Shown here: positions 12,681-24,138 of the stretch, piece after piece
Layout of the letters: each line of letters begins with the position of its first letter
Position numbering within the stretch: the stretch's first letter is position 1
NCBI GenBank assembly: GCA_049294275.1
Contig: JBAQCQ010000086.1
Coordinates: 34,160-98,159 of the forward strand
DNA from: Bacteroidales bacterium
GTDB taxonomy: Bacteria; Bacteroidota; Bacteroidia; Bacteroidales; VadinHA17
Length of the DNA stretch: 64,000 nt
Direction of reading: 5' to 3'
Notes under the pieces: model-generated
Told to the model about the DNA's origin: nothing
Seen by the model: the letters and a program-made list of their open reading frames with translations, nothing else
Databases searched by the model: none
Translations under genes and position numbers: made by a program

Positions 12681-12732
12681 CAGTCTACAGTCCGGAATTG
12701 ACTGAAGACTGTAGGCTGAAGACTGTGGACTC
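12681..12732. repeat. Interleaved direct and inverted repeats between convergent genes (possible bidirectional terminator structure)
   Basis: CAGTCTACAGTC (12681-12692) can pair with GACTGTAGGCTG (12707-12718), with one G-U pair. A second copy GACTGTGGACTC lies at 12721-12732. The direct repeats AGTCGGCA x2 and CTGAAGACTGT x2 are also present. There is no clear U-tract. Confidence 0.35.
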
Positions 12733-12742
12733 TTACTAAAAT

Positions 12743-13873
12743 CTACCTGACGCTGAACCTGAAGGTGGTGCTTGACAGGAACGGCTCATCCGGTGTCAGC
12801 ACAACTGACGGGAATGATGACTGGTTGGGACTGTCAGGAAAATGCTGCGTCTCGAGGCAGAACCCGCTGCGGTAGTTGTAAACCTTGCCGCCCCGTCCGG
12901 TCTGTGTGCCGTTCAGGAAGTTCCCGGTGTAAAGCTGTATGCCAGGCTGGTCTGTAATGACTTCCAGCAGCCTTCCCGTTGAAGGATCATAAACCTCCGC
13001 GTCAACCGGCTCAACATTGTCAAGCACATAATTGTGGTCATATCCGCCGCCTAGCACCAGCTGGTCATAATCCGCACCGATCCTCTCACCAATCTGGTGC
13101 GGTGTCCGGAAGTCGAACGGAGTGCCCTCCACAGGCCTTATCTCTCCGGTGGGAATCAGAGTAGAATCGACCGGCGTAAAAGCTGAGGCCCTTATCAGAG
13201 CCTCATGATCGAGGATGTCACCAACTCCGGCACCGTGAAGGTTAAAGTATGCATGGTTGGTGATGTTGATGACGGTATTCCTGTCGGTTGTCACCTTGTA
13301 ATCCATAATGATCTCGTTGTCATCAGTCCATGTATACACTACCTCTGCAACCACATTGCCCGGGAAGCCCTCTTCCATGTCGGGTTTGCTGTATGTAAAC
13401 TTCACTGCCGGGAAATCAGTACCCTTCAGCACCTCGGCAACCCAGACACGGCTGTGCCAGCCAGTGGGGCCGCCATGAAGAGCATTGGGATAGTTGTTTA
13501 TGGCGAGAGTGTAATCAACTCCGTCAAGAGTGAACCTGCCCCTGGCAATCCGGTTTGCATACTGGCCCACAACCTTGCCGAAGTACGGATCGCCCTTCGC
13601 ATAGCCTTCAAAAGTGTCATATCCGAGTGTGACATTCTCCCGTTTGCCGTCACGGTCGGGAACGGCGATCTCAACTATCACCGCCCCGTAATTCGAGAGC
13701 CTGATGAAGTCACCGTCCTTGTTTGTGAGTGTGTAAAGGAAGACATCCTTCCCTTCAAATGAGCCGAAGCTTTCAGTTGTAACCATCTCTTTTGATTTAT
13801 TGCTACCGCACGAGCCCATGCCAATCATGACCACAGCAAGTGCAGATATTAATAACAGTTTTTCTCTTTTCAT
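12743..13873 (-). CDS. galM: Aldose 1-epimerase (mutarotase), lipoprotein form
   Basis: ORF 12743..13933. The likely start is MKREKLLLISALAVVMIGMGSCG at 13873. GalM motifs are NALHGGPTGWHSRVW, TNHAYFNL and CLETQHFPDSPN. Confidence 0.9.
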   Translation of the reverse strand: MKREKLLLISALAVVMIGMGSCGSNKSKEMVTTESFGSFEGKDVFLYTLTNKDGDFIRLSNYGAVIVEIAVPDRDGKRENVTLGYDTFEGYAKGDPYFGKVVGQYANRIARGRFTLDGVDYTLAINNYPNALHGGPTGWHSRVWVAEVLKGTDFPAVKFTYSKPDMEEGFPGNVVAEVVYTWTDDNEIIMDYKVTTDRNTVINITNHAYFNLHGAGVGDILDHEALIRASAFTPVDSTLIPTGEIRPVEGTPFDFRTPHQIGERIGADYDQLVLGGGYDHNYVLDNVEPVDAEVYDPSTGRLLEVITDQPGIQLYTGNFLNGTQTGRGGKVYNYRSGFCLETQHFPDSPNQSSFPSVVLTPDEPFLSSTTFRFSVR

Positions 13874-13944
13874 TTTTTCCGTTCTGTAAGGTGTCTCCAA
13901 ATATACAATTTCTGTTTCTGGCCCGGAGTTCAAACATTCCTGTA

Positions 13945-15507
13945 TTATTCAACTGCCAGCACTATTATGGAGGCAGGGGGAATGGTGACGCTCACCATAT
14001 TCTGTCTGACCTTTGCTTCATTAAAGGCCCTGGGCTTTACCTCCTCAGGATTTTCGAAGGTATTGTGAGCAGTCAGTACCGACGAGTTTAATATCCTTCC
14101 AGATACATCCCTGTACTCGCCTCCGCGCAGGTCTATAAGTATTTCCACTGCTTTGGACGGATCTATATTTACCAGCGAGAGGTTCACCTTACCATCCTTA
14201 TCCTTTGATGCAGAGGCACTGACAGCCGGAAGTTCCTTTCCCTCAATGACATAATTGCCGCAGTTCAGGTGCAGCGGAAGCATTGTGGCATCATGGTGCA
14301 CCTTGAACATCTCAAAGACATGATAGGTCGGTGTAAGGATCATTTTCTCGCCGTCAGTGAGTATAAGCGACTGCAAAACGTTGACAGTCTGTGCAATGTT
14401 GGCCATCTTTATGCGGTCACACCTCTCATTGAAATAATTCAGGGAGAGCGCTGCCACAATCGCATCTCTCACCGTGTTCTGCTGGTAAAGGAATCCCGGA
14501 TTCGTACCCGGCTCCACGTCCCACCATGTTCCCCATTCGTCAACTACAAGTGCGACACGCTTCGCGGGATCATATTTATCCATCACTGCCATATGCACGT
14601 CGAGCGCCTTCTCAACACTGAGGCAGCGTTCAAGGGTTTCGAAATATTCCTTCTCGCCGAATTTCGTAGCAGATCCCTTGTTGCTCCAGTTGGTTGTATA
14701 ATAATGAAGTGAAATCCCCCACATCATATTGTGAGGTATCTTCTGCATCAGCACCTCAGTCCAGTTATAGTCAGTTGAATTGGCTCCCCCGGCAATCTTC
14801 ATCAGACGGTTTCTGCCATAATTGCGGGTGTATGTCGCATACCTCCTGTACTGGTCGGCATAGAATTCGGCAGTCATATTTCCGCCGCAACCCCAGTTCT
14901 CGTTCCCGACACCCCAGTACTTCAGGTTCCATGGCTTATCCCGGCCGTTGGCGCGGCGGAGGTCTGCCATGGGGCTCACGCCGTCAAAATTGATGTACTC
15001 AACCCATTTTGACATCTCCTCAACCGAACCGCTCCCCACGTTGCCGCATATTACCGGTTCGGCCCCGAGCTGTTCACACAGGTCGAGGAACTCATGTGTT
15101 CCGAAGCTGTTATCCTCGGTAACGCCTCCCCAGTGGGTGTTTACCATTTTGGGACGTTTTTCGCGCGGGCCGATGCCGTCCATCCAGTGATACTCATCGG
15201 CAAAGCAGCCTCCCGGCCACCGGAGGTTGGGTATCTGCGTCTTCTTCAGCGCCTCAACCACATCGTTCCTGATGCCTCTTGTATTGGGTATAGCTGCGTT
15301 CTCTCCTACCCAGTAACCGCCGTAAATGCAACGACCGAGGTGTTCCGAGAAATGACCGTAAATATGACGACTGATTGTTTCAGTCCCAAGATCGGTACTG
15401 ATAATTATGTTGGCCTTCCCCGTAACCTTTCCTGCCTGCGCATAAACCGATGAGGTCATGGCAGAGAGACATAGGATGCTCATTAATAAAACTTTTTGAT
15501 TCTTCAT
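13945..15507 (-). CDS. abfA: GH51 alpha-L-arabinofuranosidase
   Basis: 520 aa with a signal peptide. GH51 motifs are [27 protein letters not shown] (acid/base Glu) and [12 protein letters not shown] (nucleophile Glu). Confidence 0.92.
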   Translation of the reverse strand: MKNQKVLLMSILCLSAMTSSVYAQAGKVTGKANIIISTDLGTETISRHIYGHFSEHLGRCIYGGYWVGENAAIPNTRGIRNDVVEALKKTQIPNLRWPGGCFADEYHWMDGIGPREKRPKMVNTHWGGVTEDNSFGTHEFLDLCEQLGAEPVICGNVGSGSVEEMSKWVEYINFDGVSPMADLRRANGRDKPWNLKYWGVGNENWGCGGNMTAEFYADQYRRYATYTRNYGRNRLMKIAGGANSTDYNWTEVLMQKIPHNMMWGISLHYYTTNWSNKGSATKFGEKEYFETLERCLSVEKALDVHMAVMDKYDPAKRVALVVDEWGTWWDVEPGTNPGFLYQQNTVRDAIVAALSLNYFNERCDRIKMANIAQTVNVLQSLILTDGEKMILTPTYHVFEMFKVHHDATMLPLHLNCGNYVIEGKELPAVSASASKDKDGKVNLSLVNIDPSKAVEILIDLRGGEYRDVSGRILNSSVLTAHNTFENPEEVKPRAFNEAKVRQNMVSVTIPPASIIVLAVE

Positions 15508-15557
15508 ATCCCTGATTTTGATTTTTCTTTTATTGTTATAGAACCTGATTAAAATCC

Positions 15558-17531
15558 TTACTGTTCCGCATATGGAATCCAGACCCTCATCTCACCCTTG
15601 CCCCTGTTATTCCAGAGATGATACGGAATGAGGTTTATTTCAACAGGTTCACCCGGGGTGATATTCCCGTCTGGTGAGGCAACAGCCCTGTAACCGCCGG
15701 TTTTGATCAGTTCTGTTCCGTTAAGAAGGTCCTGATCAAATTCCGTGGTGAAATCCGGCCTGGCGGAAATCAGAAGGTCAAGTACCTTCCCTTCGGGATT
15801 ATCCGGCCATTCGGCACAAAACATAAGTGGTCCCTTCTGAATGGCATATCTGCCTGAGTCTTCCTTTACTTTTCCGTCTGCAACAACCCGCCTGACGGGC
15901 ATCGGAAGGTAAAGCTCAATCCTGTCACCCTTTTTCCATTTTCTTTCAAAAGTGACATACCCGTCTGATATGGTTGCTTCCGGCACTTCACCGTTCACAA
16001 TGAGAGAGTACTCCTCTGCAATTGTATCGGAAAATGCATAGAGTCCTCCGGGCATGGCTTCGTTGCGGGCCCATCCCGGGATACGAATATGCAATGCAAA
16101 AATGCCCTCATTCTCAGGACTGACTGTCATAGTCACCTTGCCGTCCCAGGGGTAGAGGGTCTCCTGGGTTACCTTCACCATATTTTTCCCTAACCCGATC
16201 TGTGCTTCATTGGATGCGAAGAGGTTCACGTACAAATCATTGTCAGTGACAGAGTAGATGTAACCAGGAATTGCCGGGATGAACCTGCATATATTGGAGG
16301 GGCAGCAGGCGCAGCCAAACCATGGTGACCTCGCATGCCTGCCGTCTGATTCAAGCGGATTGGGATAGAAGAACCGGTCACCCGAGAGGCTTACACCGGA
16401 GAGAGCCCCGTTGTAAAGGGTCTTTTCCAGGATGTCAAAATACTTTCCTTCTCCATGCATCGAAAACATCCTGTGGTTGAAGAAGATACTGCCTATGGAT
16501 GCACACGTCTCGCAATATGCAGTCATGTTAGGCAGATGCCAGGGTTCGGCAAACCCCTCATTACCGCCTGAGGCGCCGATGCCGCCGGTGATGTACATCT
16601 TCCTGTGAACGAGGTCCTCCCAGATCCTGGTAATTGCATTGATATAGGCCTCGTCCTTAAGTATGGATGCCACATCTGCCATGCCTGAGTACATGTATGT
16701 TGCCCTCACCGAGTGACCTACCGCCTCTCTCTGGTCAACCACCTTCATGTGGCTCTGCGAGTACTCGTCACCGTCTTCACGGGTGCCGCGGGCATCAAGA
16801 AAGAACTTTGCAAGATCAAGATATTTCCTCTCCCCGGTGGTCCTGTAGAGCTTCACAAGACCCATCTCAATCACCTGGTGCCCCGGATAGCTTACAAAGG
16901 CATCCCAACCGAAGTCCCTGTCGACCAGGTCAGCCGATTTGAGGGAGATATCCAGCAGCTCTCTCTTGCCGGTTGCCTGGTAGTATGCAACGGCTGCCTC
17001 GTACATATGACCAAGGTTGTACAGTTCATGGCTGAGAATGTTGGTTTTTTCCCATCTCTTTCCCTCGGCCCATTCATGCAGTTTACCGAAGCCCATCTCC
17101 GCAATTGTGCGGTTGGTGTAAAGGTATCCGTCATCCTCCTGGGAAAGCCCAATTTTCCATATAAGAGAATCTACATAGGCCTCCAGGTCCGGATCCGGAA
17201 AGGTCTGCAGGGAATAGGCTGCTCCCTCGATTATTTTCGTTACGTCAGAGTCATCAAAAGGGTAGATGGTCTGAAATGCTCCGGTGTCAAGCCCGCCGGC
17301 AATTTCGAAGTTCTTTACCCTTCCGGTTGACTCACAGAAGCCGAAGGCAATGGGGATGGTCACCTCGTGATTCTTTTTGATTCTGGGAGCCCAGAAACTG
17401 TCAGTCATCTTCACCGCGGTGAAGGGGACAGGCCTTATGGGGTAATTCTCATCTTCTCCGTTGCCTGAACATGAAGTCATGGCAAGCGCTATTACCGCCG
17501 CCACAGTTTTTATCTTTCCGGCCTTTTTCAT
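15558..17531 (-). CDS. GH127 (DUF1680) beta-L-arabinofuranosidase-like lipoprotein, copy 1
   Basis: 657 aa with lipobox [10 protein letters not shown]127 pattern: [40 protein letters not shown] and the Cys cluster [13 protein letters not shown]. Confidence 0.88.
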   Translation of the reverse strand: MKKAGKIKTVAAVIALAMTSCSGNGEDENYPIRPVPFTAVKMTDSFWAPRIKKNHEVTIPIAFGFCESTGRVKNFEIAGGLDTGAFQTIYPFDDSDVTKIIEGAAYSLQTFPDPDLEAYVDSLIWKIGLSQEDDGYLYTNRTIAEMGFGKLHEWAEGKRWEKTNILSHELYNLGHMYEAAVAYYQATGKRELLDISLKSADLVDRDFGWDAFVSYPGHQVIEMGLVKLYRTTGERKYLDLAKFFLDARGTREDGDEYSQSHMKVVDQREAVGHSVRATYMYSGMADVASILKDEAYINAITRIWEDLVHRKMYITGGIGASGGNEGFAEPWHLPNMTAYCETCASIGSIFFNHRMFSMHGEGKYFDILEKTLYNGALSGVSLSGDRFFYPNPLESDGRHARSPWFGCACCPSNICRFIPAIPGYIYSVTDNDLYVNLFASNEAQIGLGKNMVKVTQETLYPWDGKVTMTVSPENEGIFALHIRIPGWARNEAMPGGLYAFSDTIAEEYSLIVNGEVPEATISDGYVTFERKWKKGDRIELYLPMPVRRVVADGKVKEDSGRYAIQKGPLMFCAEWPDNPEGKVLDLLISARPDFTTEFDQDLLNGTELIKTGGYRAVASPDGNITPGEPVEINLIPYHLWNNRGKGEMRVWIPYAEQ

Positions 17532-17537
17532 TATCTG

Positions 17538-19502
17538 TTATTTTTCCGATTTAATCCATACGGTCATTTCGCCTCTGCCCCTGTTGGCCCAGGAGTAATA
17601 AGGAACCGCCTTCACCGTTCTCTCCTCACCCGCAGTGGTTTTCGCCTGGAAGGTGAGTGTGCCGATCCCGCCCAGCAAATCAGGATCAAAGGCAAACTTC
17701 ACCTTTGTTTGCCGATTGACGGTCAGCTCACGTACGGGGCCGTTGTCAGCCTCCTCAAGGCAGTAGACCACAGGCCCCACTCCAAGGGCCACTCTTCCCC
17801 TGTCAGCCTCGACCTCCTCCCTGGCTTTTATAAACCGTGGTTCAACTGGCAGGGAAATATCAACGGCGTCTCCCCTGTTCCATTCCCTTTCAATTACCGC
17901 AAAGCCATTAACGGTCCTCACCTTTGTTCTTTTGCCGTTGACATTAATCCGGATCTTTCTCCTTTCGCCGGAAGCATAACTGTAGAGACCTCCCGTGAAA
18001 GGTGAGTCGCCGGTCCACTCCGGAACACGTATTCCGAGGCTGAACAGACTGCCGTCGTTGTCAGGATCAATACTGATGGTGATTTTGCCGCTCCACGGAT
18101 AATCTGTCACCTGCCTTATCACAACTTCTCCGCCGATTGTTGACAGCCTTGCCTGCGAGCTTATGAAGAGATTCACGTTCACCCCTTCGTCGGTTAATGA
18201 CCATACATACTGTTTCAGTCCAGGCATGAACCTCCCCACGTTGACCGGGCAGCAGGAGCAGTCAAACCAGCCTGCGCGTTCAAAGCTGCCGTCCGATTCC
18301 AGGGGGTTGGGATAGAAGAAGTGGCATCCGTCGCTCCCTATGCCTGAGATAAGTCCGTTGTACAGTGTCCGCTCCAGCACGTCGAGGTATTTCGCATCAC
18401 CGGTCGCCCGGTATAGGCGGTGGTTCCAGAAAACATTCGCCACCGATGCGCATGTCTCGGTATAGGCTGTCATGTTGGGGAGCTCATAGGATTCACCGAA
18501 TGCCTCTCCGTGTTCCTTTGATCCAATGCCGCCGGTTATGTATATTTTGCCATGTACGACGTCTTCCCAGATCCTTTGTGACGCTTTGAGATAACGGTTA
18601 TAACCGGTTGCTTCAGAGAGGTCCGCCATGGCAGTGTACATATAGGCACCCCTCACTGCATGGCCGACAGCTTCGGCCTGATCAAGAACCGGCCTGTGCA
18701 TCTGCAGATATACCGAGTCATTGTAAACTTCAAACCTGCTTCCCTCCGGATGATGAATATAATCACCGTATCTGCCCCTCACATCAATGAAGAACTGTGC
18801 GAGATCGAGCCATTTCCTCTCGCCGGTAAGTTTGTACAGTTTTATCAGTCCGATTTCAATCTCCTGGTGTCCGGGAGCGATTTCCCGCTTGCCCCAGCCA
18901 AACTCGTTATAAACCAGTTCGGCATTCCTCAGTGCGACATTGATGAAGGTGTAGGAACCGGTAGCCAGGTGATGGGTTACGGCAGCCTCATACATATGAC
19001 CGACGTTGTAGAGTTCATGGCTGACGCGCTCGTCAATCCATCTCTCACTGCCGGCGCCCGGAGCCATATTGACCGGATCAATGGTCCGCGTTGTATAGAG
19101 ATAACCGTCATCCTCCTGTGCTGCAGCAATAAGCGTCACGAGACTGTCAACATACACGCGGAGCACCGGATCAGGGGTCTCCATCAATGAATAACAGGCT
19201 CCCTCAATGATCTTGAACACGTCGGAATCATTGTACCTCTCACCTGTATGACCCCCTTTTTTCAGTCCGCCTGCTATGGCGAAATTGTCAATTCGCCCTG
19301 TCTGTTCACATTGTTTGAAAACATATGGTATTGTCCTGACCCTGTTCAGTTCGATTTTGGGCGACCAGAATTTATCATTTATCAGCACCTCCCCAGGTGC
19401 AGGAGTACCCAGCCAGTGAGTGGTCGTCTCCTTTTCTGATACCGTTTGGCAGGACATTGCACAGACGGCCATCACAACAAATATCAGGCACCTTATTTTC
19501 AA
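17538..19502 (-). CDS. GH127 (DUF1680) beta-L-arabinofuranosidase-like lipoprotein, copy 2
   Basis: 654 aa from a TTG start that overlaps the araB stop (TTGA). Lipobox is VCAMSCQ. It is a paralog of copy 1: [53 protein letters not shown]. Confidence 0.88.
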   Translation of the reverse strand: MKIRCLIFVVMAVCAMSCQTVSEKETTTHWLGTPAPGEVLINDKFWSPKIELNRVRTIPYVFKQCEQTGRIDNFAIAGGLKKGGHTGERYNDSDVFKIIEGACYSLMETPDPVLRVYVDSLVTLIAAAQEDDGYLYTTRTIDPVNMAPGAGSERWIDERVSHELYNVGHMYEAAVTHHLATGSYTFINVALRNAELVYNEFGWGKREIAPGHQEIEIGLIKLYKLTGERKWLDLAQFFIDVRGRYGDYIHHPEGSRFEVYNDSVYLQMHRPVLDQAEAVGHAVRGAYMYTAMADLSEATGYNRYLKASQRIWEDVVHGKIYITGGIGSKEHGEAFGESYELPNMTAYTETCASVANVFWNHRLYRATGDAKYLDVLERTLYNGLISGIGSDGCHFFYPNPLESDGSFERAGWFDCSCCPVNVGRFMPGLKQYVWSLTDEGVNVNLFISSQARLSTIGGEVVIRQVTDYPWSGKITISIDPDNDGSLFSLGIRVPEWTGDSPFTGGLYSYASGERRKIRINVNGKRTKVRTVNGFAVIEREWNRGDAVDISLPVEPRFIKAREEVEADRGRVALGVGPVVYCLEEADNGPVRELTVNRQTKVKFAFDPDLLGGIGTLTFQAKTTAGEERTVKAVPYYSWANRGRGEMTVWIKSEK

Positions 19503-21166
19503 CCTCTTGTCACTTTTTTCATGAGCTTTAGCCTCTTCATGACATCATTTGTGCCGCGGCCGAAATAATCATGCAGAATCCGGTATTCTGCAAAAAGCCT
19601 GTCATAAACCCCGGCGTTTTCCGGTACCGGTTTGTAGGCATTCTCCCTGACCTTTGCCATGACTGCGGCCGCTTCCATTATTGTGTCAAAACCGCCTGCG
19701 GCTTTTCCGGCAGCAACAGCTCCGAACATTGCCGAGCCGAGAGCCGGCGCCTGGGGAGATCCCGAGATCCTGATCTCTCTTTTTATGATGTCAGCATAGA
19801 TCTGCATGACGAATGGATTCTTCTCTGCTATTCCTCCCGCAGCATAGAATTCATCCACAGGCACTCCGTTCTCTTCGAAGGTCTCGATGATCATTCTCGT
19901 ACCGAATGCCGTTGCCTCGATGAGGGCGCGGTATATTTCTTCCGGCCTTGTAGTCAGGTTCATCCCGAGGATCATACCTGTGAGGTCAACATCAACCAGC
20001 ACAGACCTGTTCCCATTCCACCAGTCCAGGGCTACGAGCCCGCTCTCTCCCGGCTTTAGCCTGGCAGCCTTTTCCGTCAGGAGAGCATGGAGGTCAATGC
20101 CCCTGGCATCCGCCTCTGCCTTGTAGTCAGCCGGAGTACAGTTCTCTGCGAACCACTGGAAATGATCGCCCACACAGCTCTGCCCGGCCTCATACCCGAA
20201 GAATCCTTCTATGATCCCGTCCTCGACCACGCCGCACATGCCCGGCATCTCTTTCTCCACATCTCCAAGGAGCATATGGCAGGTCGATGTCCCGATAATC
20301 GCAAGCATTTTTCCTGAAGAGGTGATCCCGACGGCAGGGATCGAGACATGTGCGTCGACGTTTGCGACCGCGACGGCTGTTTCCACATTAAGACCCGTAA
20401 GATTAGCCGCTGCAGGAGTGATTACCCCGGCCTTCGTCCCAACAGGCAGGAGAGTGCGAGACAGTTTTTCGTCAACAAGTTTCTCCATTTTGGGATGGAG
20501 CGCCCTGAAGAAATCATCAGAGGGGTATCCGTCATGCTTGTGCCAGATTGCCTTGTATCCTGCGGTGCAGGTATTGCGTGTCTCACTTCCGGTAAGCTGC
20601 CAGACAACCCAGTCAGCAGCCTCAATGAAACGTGCAGCGGCGTCATATACAGCGGGATCCTCGTTGACAGTCTGCCATATCTTGGGGATCAACCACTCCG
20701 ACGAAATCTTTCCCCCGTAACGTCTGAGGAACTTCTCTCCCCTTTGCTCCGCAATGGCATTCAGTCTGTTGGCCTCATCCTGGGCAGCGTGGTGCTTCCA
20801 CAGCTTGATCCAGGCATTGGGCCTGCCCTTGTATTCATCGAGGAAACAGAGCGGGGTGCCGTCAGCCGTCACCGGGAGCATTGTACATGCGGTGAAGTCA
20901 ATTCCCACTCCCGCGATCTGGTCAGGACCCACCGAGGCCATCCTCATCACCGCAGGGATGGTAGTCCTGAAAACATCGAGGTAATCCTGCGGGTGCTGCA
21001 GAGCCCAGTCAACCCCGAGGGGAGTACCGTCAGGCAGCTTCTCATCCATCACCCCGTGTTTATACTCATGCACTGAAACGGCAACCTCGTCGCCGGTGGT
21101 GGTATCAACAATTACCGCCCTGCCCGAGAGGGTGCCGAAATCAACTCCGATTGAATACTTATGCAT
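19499..21166 (-). CDS. araB: Ribulokinase
   Basis: 555 aa FGGY kinase. Motifs are [15 protein letters not shown] and the AraB-type core WLIPKIWQ...GTSTCHM...[11 protein letters not shown]. Confidence 0.93.
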   Translation of the reverse strand: MHKYSIGVDFGTLSGRAVIVDTTTGDEVAVSVHEYKHGVMDEKLPDGTPLGVDWALQHPQDYLDVFRTTIPAVMRMASVGPDQIAGVGIDFTACTMLPVTADGTPLCFLDEYKGRPNAWIKLWKHHAAQDEANRLNAIAEQRGEKFLRRYGGKISSEWLIPKIWQTVNEDPAVYDAAARFIEAADWVVWQLTGSETRNTCTAGYKAIWHKHDGYPSDDFFRALHPKMEKLVDEKLSRTLLPVGTKAGVITPAAANLTGLNVETAVAVANVDAHVSIPAVGITSSGKMLAIIGTSTCHMLLGDVEKEMPGMCGVVEDGIIEGFFGYEAGQSCVGDHFQWFAENCTPADYKAEADARGIDLHALLTEKAARLKPGESGLVALDWWNGNRSVLVDVDLTGMILGMNLTTRPEEIYRALIEATAFGTRMIIETFEENGVPVDEFYAAGGIAEKNPFVMQIYADIIKREIRISGSPQAPALGSAMFGAVAAGKAAGGFDTIMEAAAVMAKVRENAYKPVPENAGVYDRLFAEYRILHDYFGRGTNDVMKRLKLMKKVTRG

Positions 21167-21181
21167 TATCCGGTTGTTTGT

Positions 21182-21871
21182 TTATTTTTTCTGTCCGTAA
21201 TAGGCACCGGGTCCATGTTTGCGCAGGTAATGCCTGTCGAGGAGGTGTCTGTCAATCTCCCGCGGAGGGGCAATAGATACCGTCAGGGCTGCCATTCGTG
21301 CAACCTCCTCGAGTATCACAGCCACATGAACTGCCTGAGCAGGGGTCACGCCCCATGTGAACGGAGCATGCGAATTTACCAGGGCTGCCGGCATGGTAAG
21401 AGGGTCAACGCCGCCAAGCGCCTCGACTATCAGCAATCCTGTGTTGTATTCATAATCGCTCTCCGTCTCCTCCGCCGTCAGCCTCCGTGTCACCGGTACG
21501 GCGCCGTGGAAATAGTCGGCATGAGTTGTCCCCAGGCACGGTATTGCCGTCCCGGCCTGTGCCCATGCAGTAGCGTGGGTCGAGTGGGTGTGAACAACGC
21601 CCCCGATCCCCGGAAAGGCTTTATACAGGGCAAGGTGCGTTGCGGTATCCGTGGAGGGTTTCAACGTTCCCTCAATGACGGTGCCGCTGAGGTCGGTGAC
21701 CACCATGTCATTGACAGTCATCTCATTGTATGACACTCCCGAGGGCTTGATAACCATCAGTCCGGAAGCCCGGTCAAACCCGCTTACATTGCCGAAGGTC
21801 ATTATGACAAGGCCGTGCTTTACCAGATCGAGGTTTGCCCTGAAAACATCCTCTTTAAGTTTTTCGAGCAT
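21182..21871 (-). CDS. araD: L-ribulose-5-phosphate 4-epimerase
   Basis: 229 aa class II aldolase/epimerase. Motifs are [34 protein letters not shown] and HADYFHG. Confidence 0.93.
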   Translation of the reverse strand: MLEKLKEDVFRANLDLVKHGLVIMTFGNVSGFDRASGLMVIKPSGVSYNEMTVNDMVVTDLSGTVIEGTLKPSTDTATHLALYKAFPGIGGVVHTHSTHATAWAQAGTAIPCLGTTHADYFHGAVPVTRRLTAEETESDYEYNTGLLIVEALGGVDPLTMPAALVNSHAPFTWGVTPAQAVHVAVILEEVARMAALTVSIAPPREIDRHLLDRHYLRKHGPGAYYGQKK

Positions 21872-21916
21872 TGCAATTCACTTTTAAATGTTAAGCCCGC
21901 AGCGAGCATCCAGCTG

Positions 21917-22621
21917 TCAGCTCACCACAAGGTTGAAAAAGAAGCCGAGTCTCGACAGTTCCTTGTACCGCTCCTCGTTGAACCTGTAGTACCAGGCCCC
22001 TTTCCTTGATGTCTCCCTCTCCTTTTCATCCTGCTTGTCAAGCAGGTTCATCGACAGGATTTTTTTCCTGAAGTTACGCTTGTCAATCGCTCTCAGGTAT
22101 ATGGCTTCATAGAGGTTCTGAAGCTGCACCAGGGTGAACTTCTCGGGGAGGAGCTCAAAGCCCACGGGCCGCACCTTGACCGTCTTCACCAGCTCCAGGA
22201 GGGCCCTGTCAACCATCCTTCGATGGTCGAAGATAAGTTCCGGTAGATTTGATATGGATCTCCAGTGAGCCCCGTTCTTCCTTCGTATAACCGGATCCAG
22301 TTCATGAATACCTATGAGTGCGAAGTAGGCCGTGGAGATCACCCTGGCGCCCGGATCACGTTCAACCTCGCCGTAGGTGTACAACTGCTCCATGAAGAGG
22401 TCAGAAAGGCCTGTAAGGCTGTACAGGACACGGGAGGCCGCATCGTCAAGGCTCTCCTTTTCCTGCACGAAACCGCCGGCAAGTGACCATTGTCCCAGGG
22501 CAGGTTCGAAACTCCTCTTTATCAGCAGCAGCTTGAGCTCCTTATCGGAAATATCGTATCCGAAGATGATGCAGTCTACTGCAGTGAAATGCCTGGGATG
22601 CCTGGAATAGAGATGGCTCAT
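21917..22621 (-). CDS. araR: NUDIX-domain transcriptional regulator (NrtR-like; Bacteroides AraR type)
   Basis: 234 aa with an N-terminal NUDIX fold ([27 protein letters not shown]) and a C-terminal winged-helix-like part. It sits between araA and araD, as in the Bacteroides arabinose cluster. Its start overlaps the araA stop (ATGA). Confidence 0.75.
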   Translation of the reverse strand: MSHLYSRHPRHFTAVDCIIFGYDISDKELKLLLIKRSFEPALGQWSLAGGFVQEKESLDDAASRVLYSLTGLSDLFMEQLYTYGEVERDPGARVISTAYFALIGIHELDPVIRRKNGAHWRSISNLPELIFDHRRMVDRALLELVKTVKVRPVGFELLPEKFTLVQLQNLYEAIYLRAIDKRNFRKKILSMNLLDKQDEKERETSRKGAWYYRFNEERYKELSRLGFFFNLVVS

Positions 22622-24105
22622 AGACCAATATTCAGATGGTAGAATATTTCATTCCACCTGAGTTCTTTCCTGAACTGTGCTATATCGCACTTTTCGTCAA
22701 TCAGGACGAATTCCGTACCGGTCATGGCAGCGAAGTCAGCCAGGTGTTCAGCCGTAAGAGACTGGCTGAATGATGTATGATGAGCGCCACCGGCATAGAT
22801 CCACGCTGTTGCGGCAGTCTTAAGGTCGGGATCCGGCTTCCACAGTACGCTTGCGACCGGGAGCTTCGGCATCGGCGGACATTCAACAACTTTCATCGTA
22901 TTCACAATCAGCCTGAAGCGATCTCCCATCTCTACCATGGATGCTGCAAGGGCCCTTCCGAGACTGGCTCTGAACACCAGTCTCGCCGGATCTGCCTTTC
23001 CTCCTATCCCGAGGGGATGCACCTCAAGCGACGGTTTGCCGGCGGCAATTGAGGGGCATACCTCAAGCATGTGAGCGCCGAGGATAGCCATGTTCTTCGG
23101 ATCAAGATGGTAGGTGTAATCCTCCATGAATGAGGTGCCTCCCTTAAGTCCTTCTGCCATCACCTTCATGGAACGCACAAGCGCCGCCGTCTTCCAGTCG
23201 CCCTCGGCACCGAAACCGTAGCCGTCGGCCATGAGCCGCTGTACGGCCAGGCCCGGCAGCTGAACCAACCCATGCAGGTCTTCAAAATTGGTTGTGAATG
23301 CCTTGAAGTTTCCCTTTTCAAGGAAAGAGCGCATTCCGGCCTCTATGCGTGCTGCCTCCTTCACTGCAGGTGCTGAGAGCACCCTTGCGGGGGCTTTGTA
23401 TTCATCTCCGTACTGTTTGATGAGCGTACTGACCTGCCTGTCAGACACTTTGCTGACGACATCAGCAAGGTCACCGACACCGTAACCGTGGACCTGGTAA
23501 TCAAGTTTGAGCTGCGCAGACACCTTGTTACCCTCGGTAACGGCAACGTCTCTCATGTTGTCTCCGAAACGCACCACCTTAAGTGACCGGGCATCAAGGG
23601 CAGCCATGGCAGCACGTGACCATGCACCTATTGCACTCAGCACCTCGTTGTCCTGCCAGTGGCCGACCACCACTTTGCGTTCAATCTTAAGCCTTGAGCA
23701 GATGTATCCGAACTCGCGGTCTCCGTGCGCCGACTGGTTCAGATTCATGAAATCCATGTCTATCTCAGACCACGGTATGTCACGGTTAAATTGTGTATGG
23801 AGGTGGAGCATCGGCCTGGTCAGCCTCTTAAGTCCCGGTATCCACATCTTTGCCGGGGAGAAAGTGTGCATCCAGGCAATAAGCCCTGCACATGCAGGGG
23901 AATTGCTGGCCTCCAGACATATTGATGAAATGGCCTCGGCAGTGGTAAGGACCGGTTTGAAAACCACCTTCACCGGTATTTTGTCTGATTTGTCAAGGGC
24001 CATGGCTATGGTCTTCGAATCCGCATTTACAGTTCTGAGGGTCTCTTCACCATAAAGATGCTGGCTTCCGGTGATAAACCAGAGTTCAACGTTCTTATTG
24101 TTCAT
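22618..24105 (-). CDS. araA: L-arabinose isomerase
   Basis: 495 aa. It shows the AraA pattern throughout: [38 protein letters not shown] and FMEDYTYH. Confidence 0.95.
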   Translation of the reverse strand: MNNKNVELWFITGSQHLYGEETLRTVNADSKTIAMALDKSDKIPVKVVFKPVLTTAEAISSICLEASNSPACAGLIAWMHTFSPAKMWIPGLKRLTRPMLHLHTQFNRDIPWSEIDMDFMNLNQSAHGDREFGYICSRLKIERKVVVGHWQDNEVLSAIGAWSRAAMAALDARSLKVVRFGDNMRDVAVTEGNKVSAQLKLDYQVHGYGVGDLADVVSKVSDRQVSTLIKQYGDEYKAPARVLSAPAVKEAARIEAGMRSFLEKGNFKAFTTNFEDLHGLVQLPGLAVQRLMADGYGFGAEGDWKTAALVRSMKVMAEGLKGGTSFMEDYTYHLDPKNMAILGAHMLEVCPSIAAGKPSLEVHPLGIGGKADPARLVFRASLGRALAASMVEMGDRFRLIVNTMKVVECPPMPKLPVASVLWKPDPDLKTAATAWIYAGGAHHTSFSQSLTAEHLADFAAMTGTEFVLIDEKCDIAQFRKELRWNEIFYHLNIGL

Positions 24106-24138
24106 TATAATAAATGTATCTTATTTATTGTCAATGCT

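Noticed and set aside
20348-21076. 242-aa plus-strand ORF, and similar long shadow ORFs (40102..41085 and 55301..56038)
   Set aside because: Each is antisense to a gene with unambiguous family motifs (araB, the PMI-like protein, the YeiH-like protein). None has motifs of its own.
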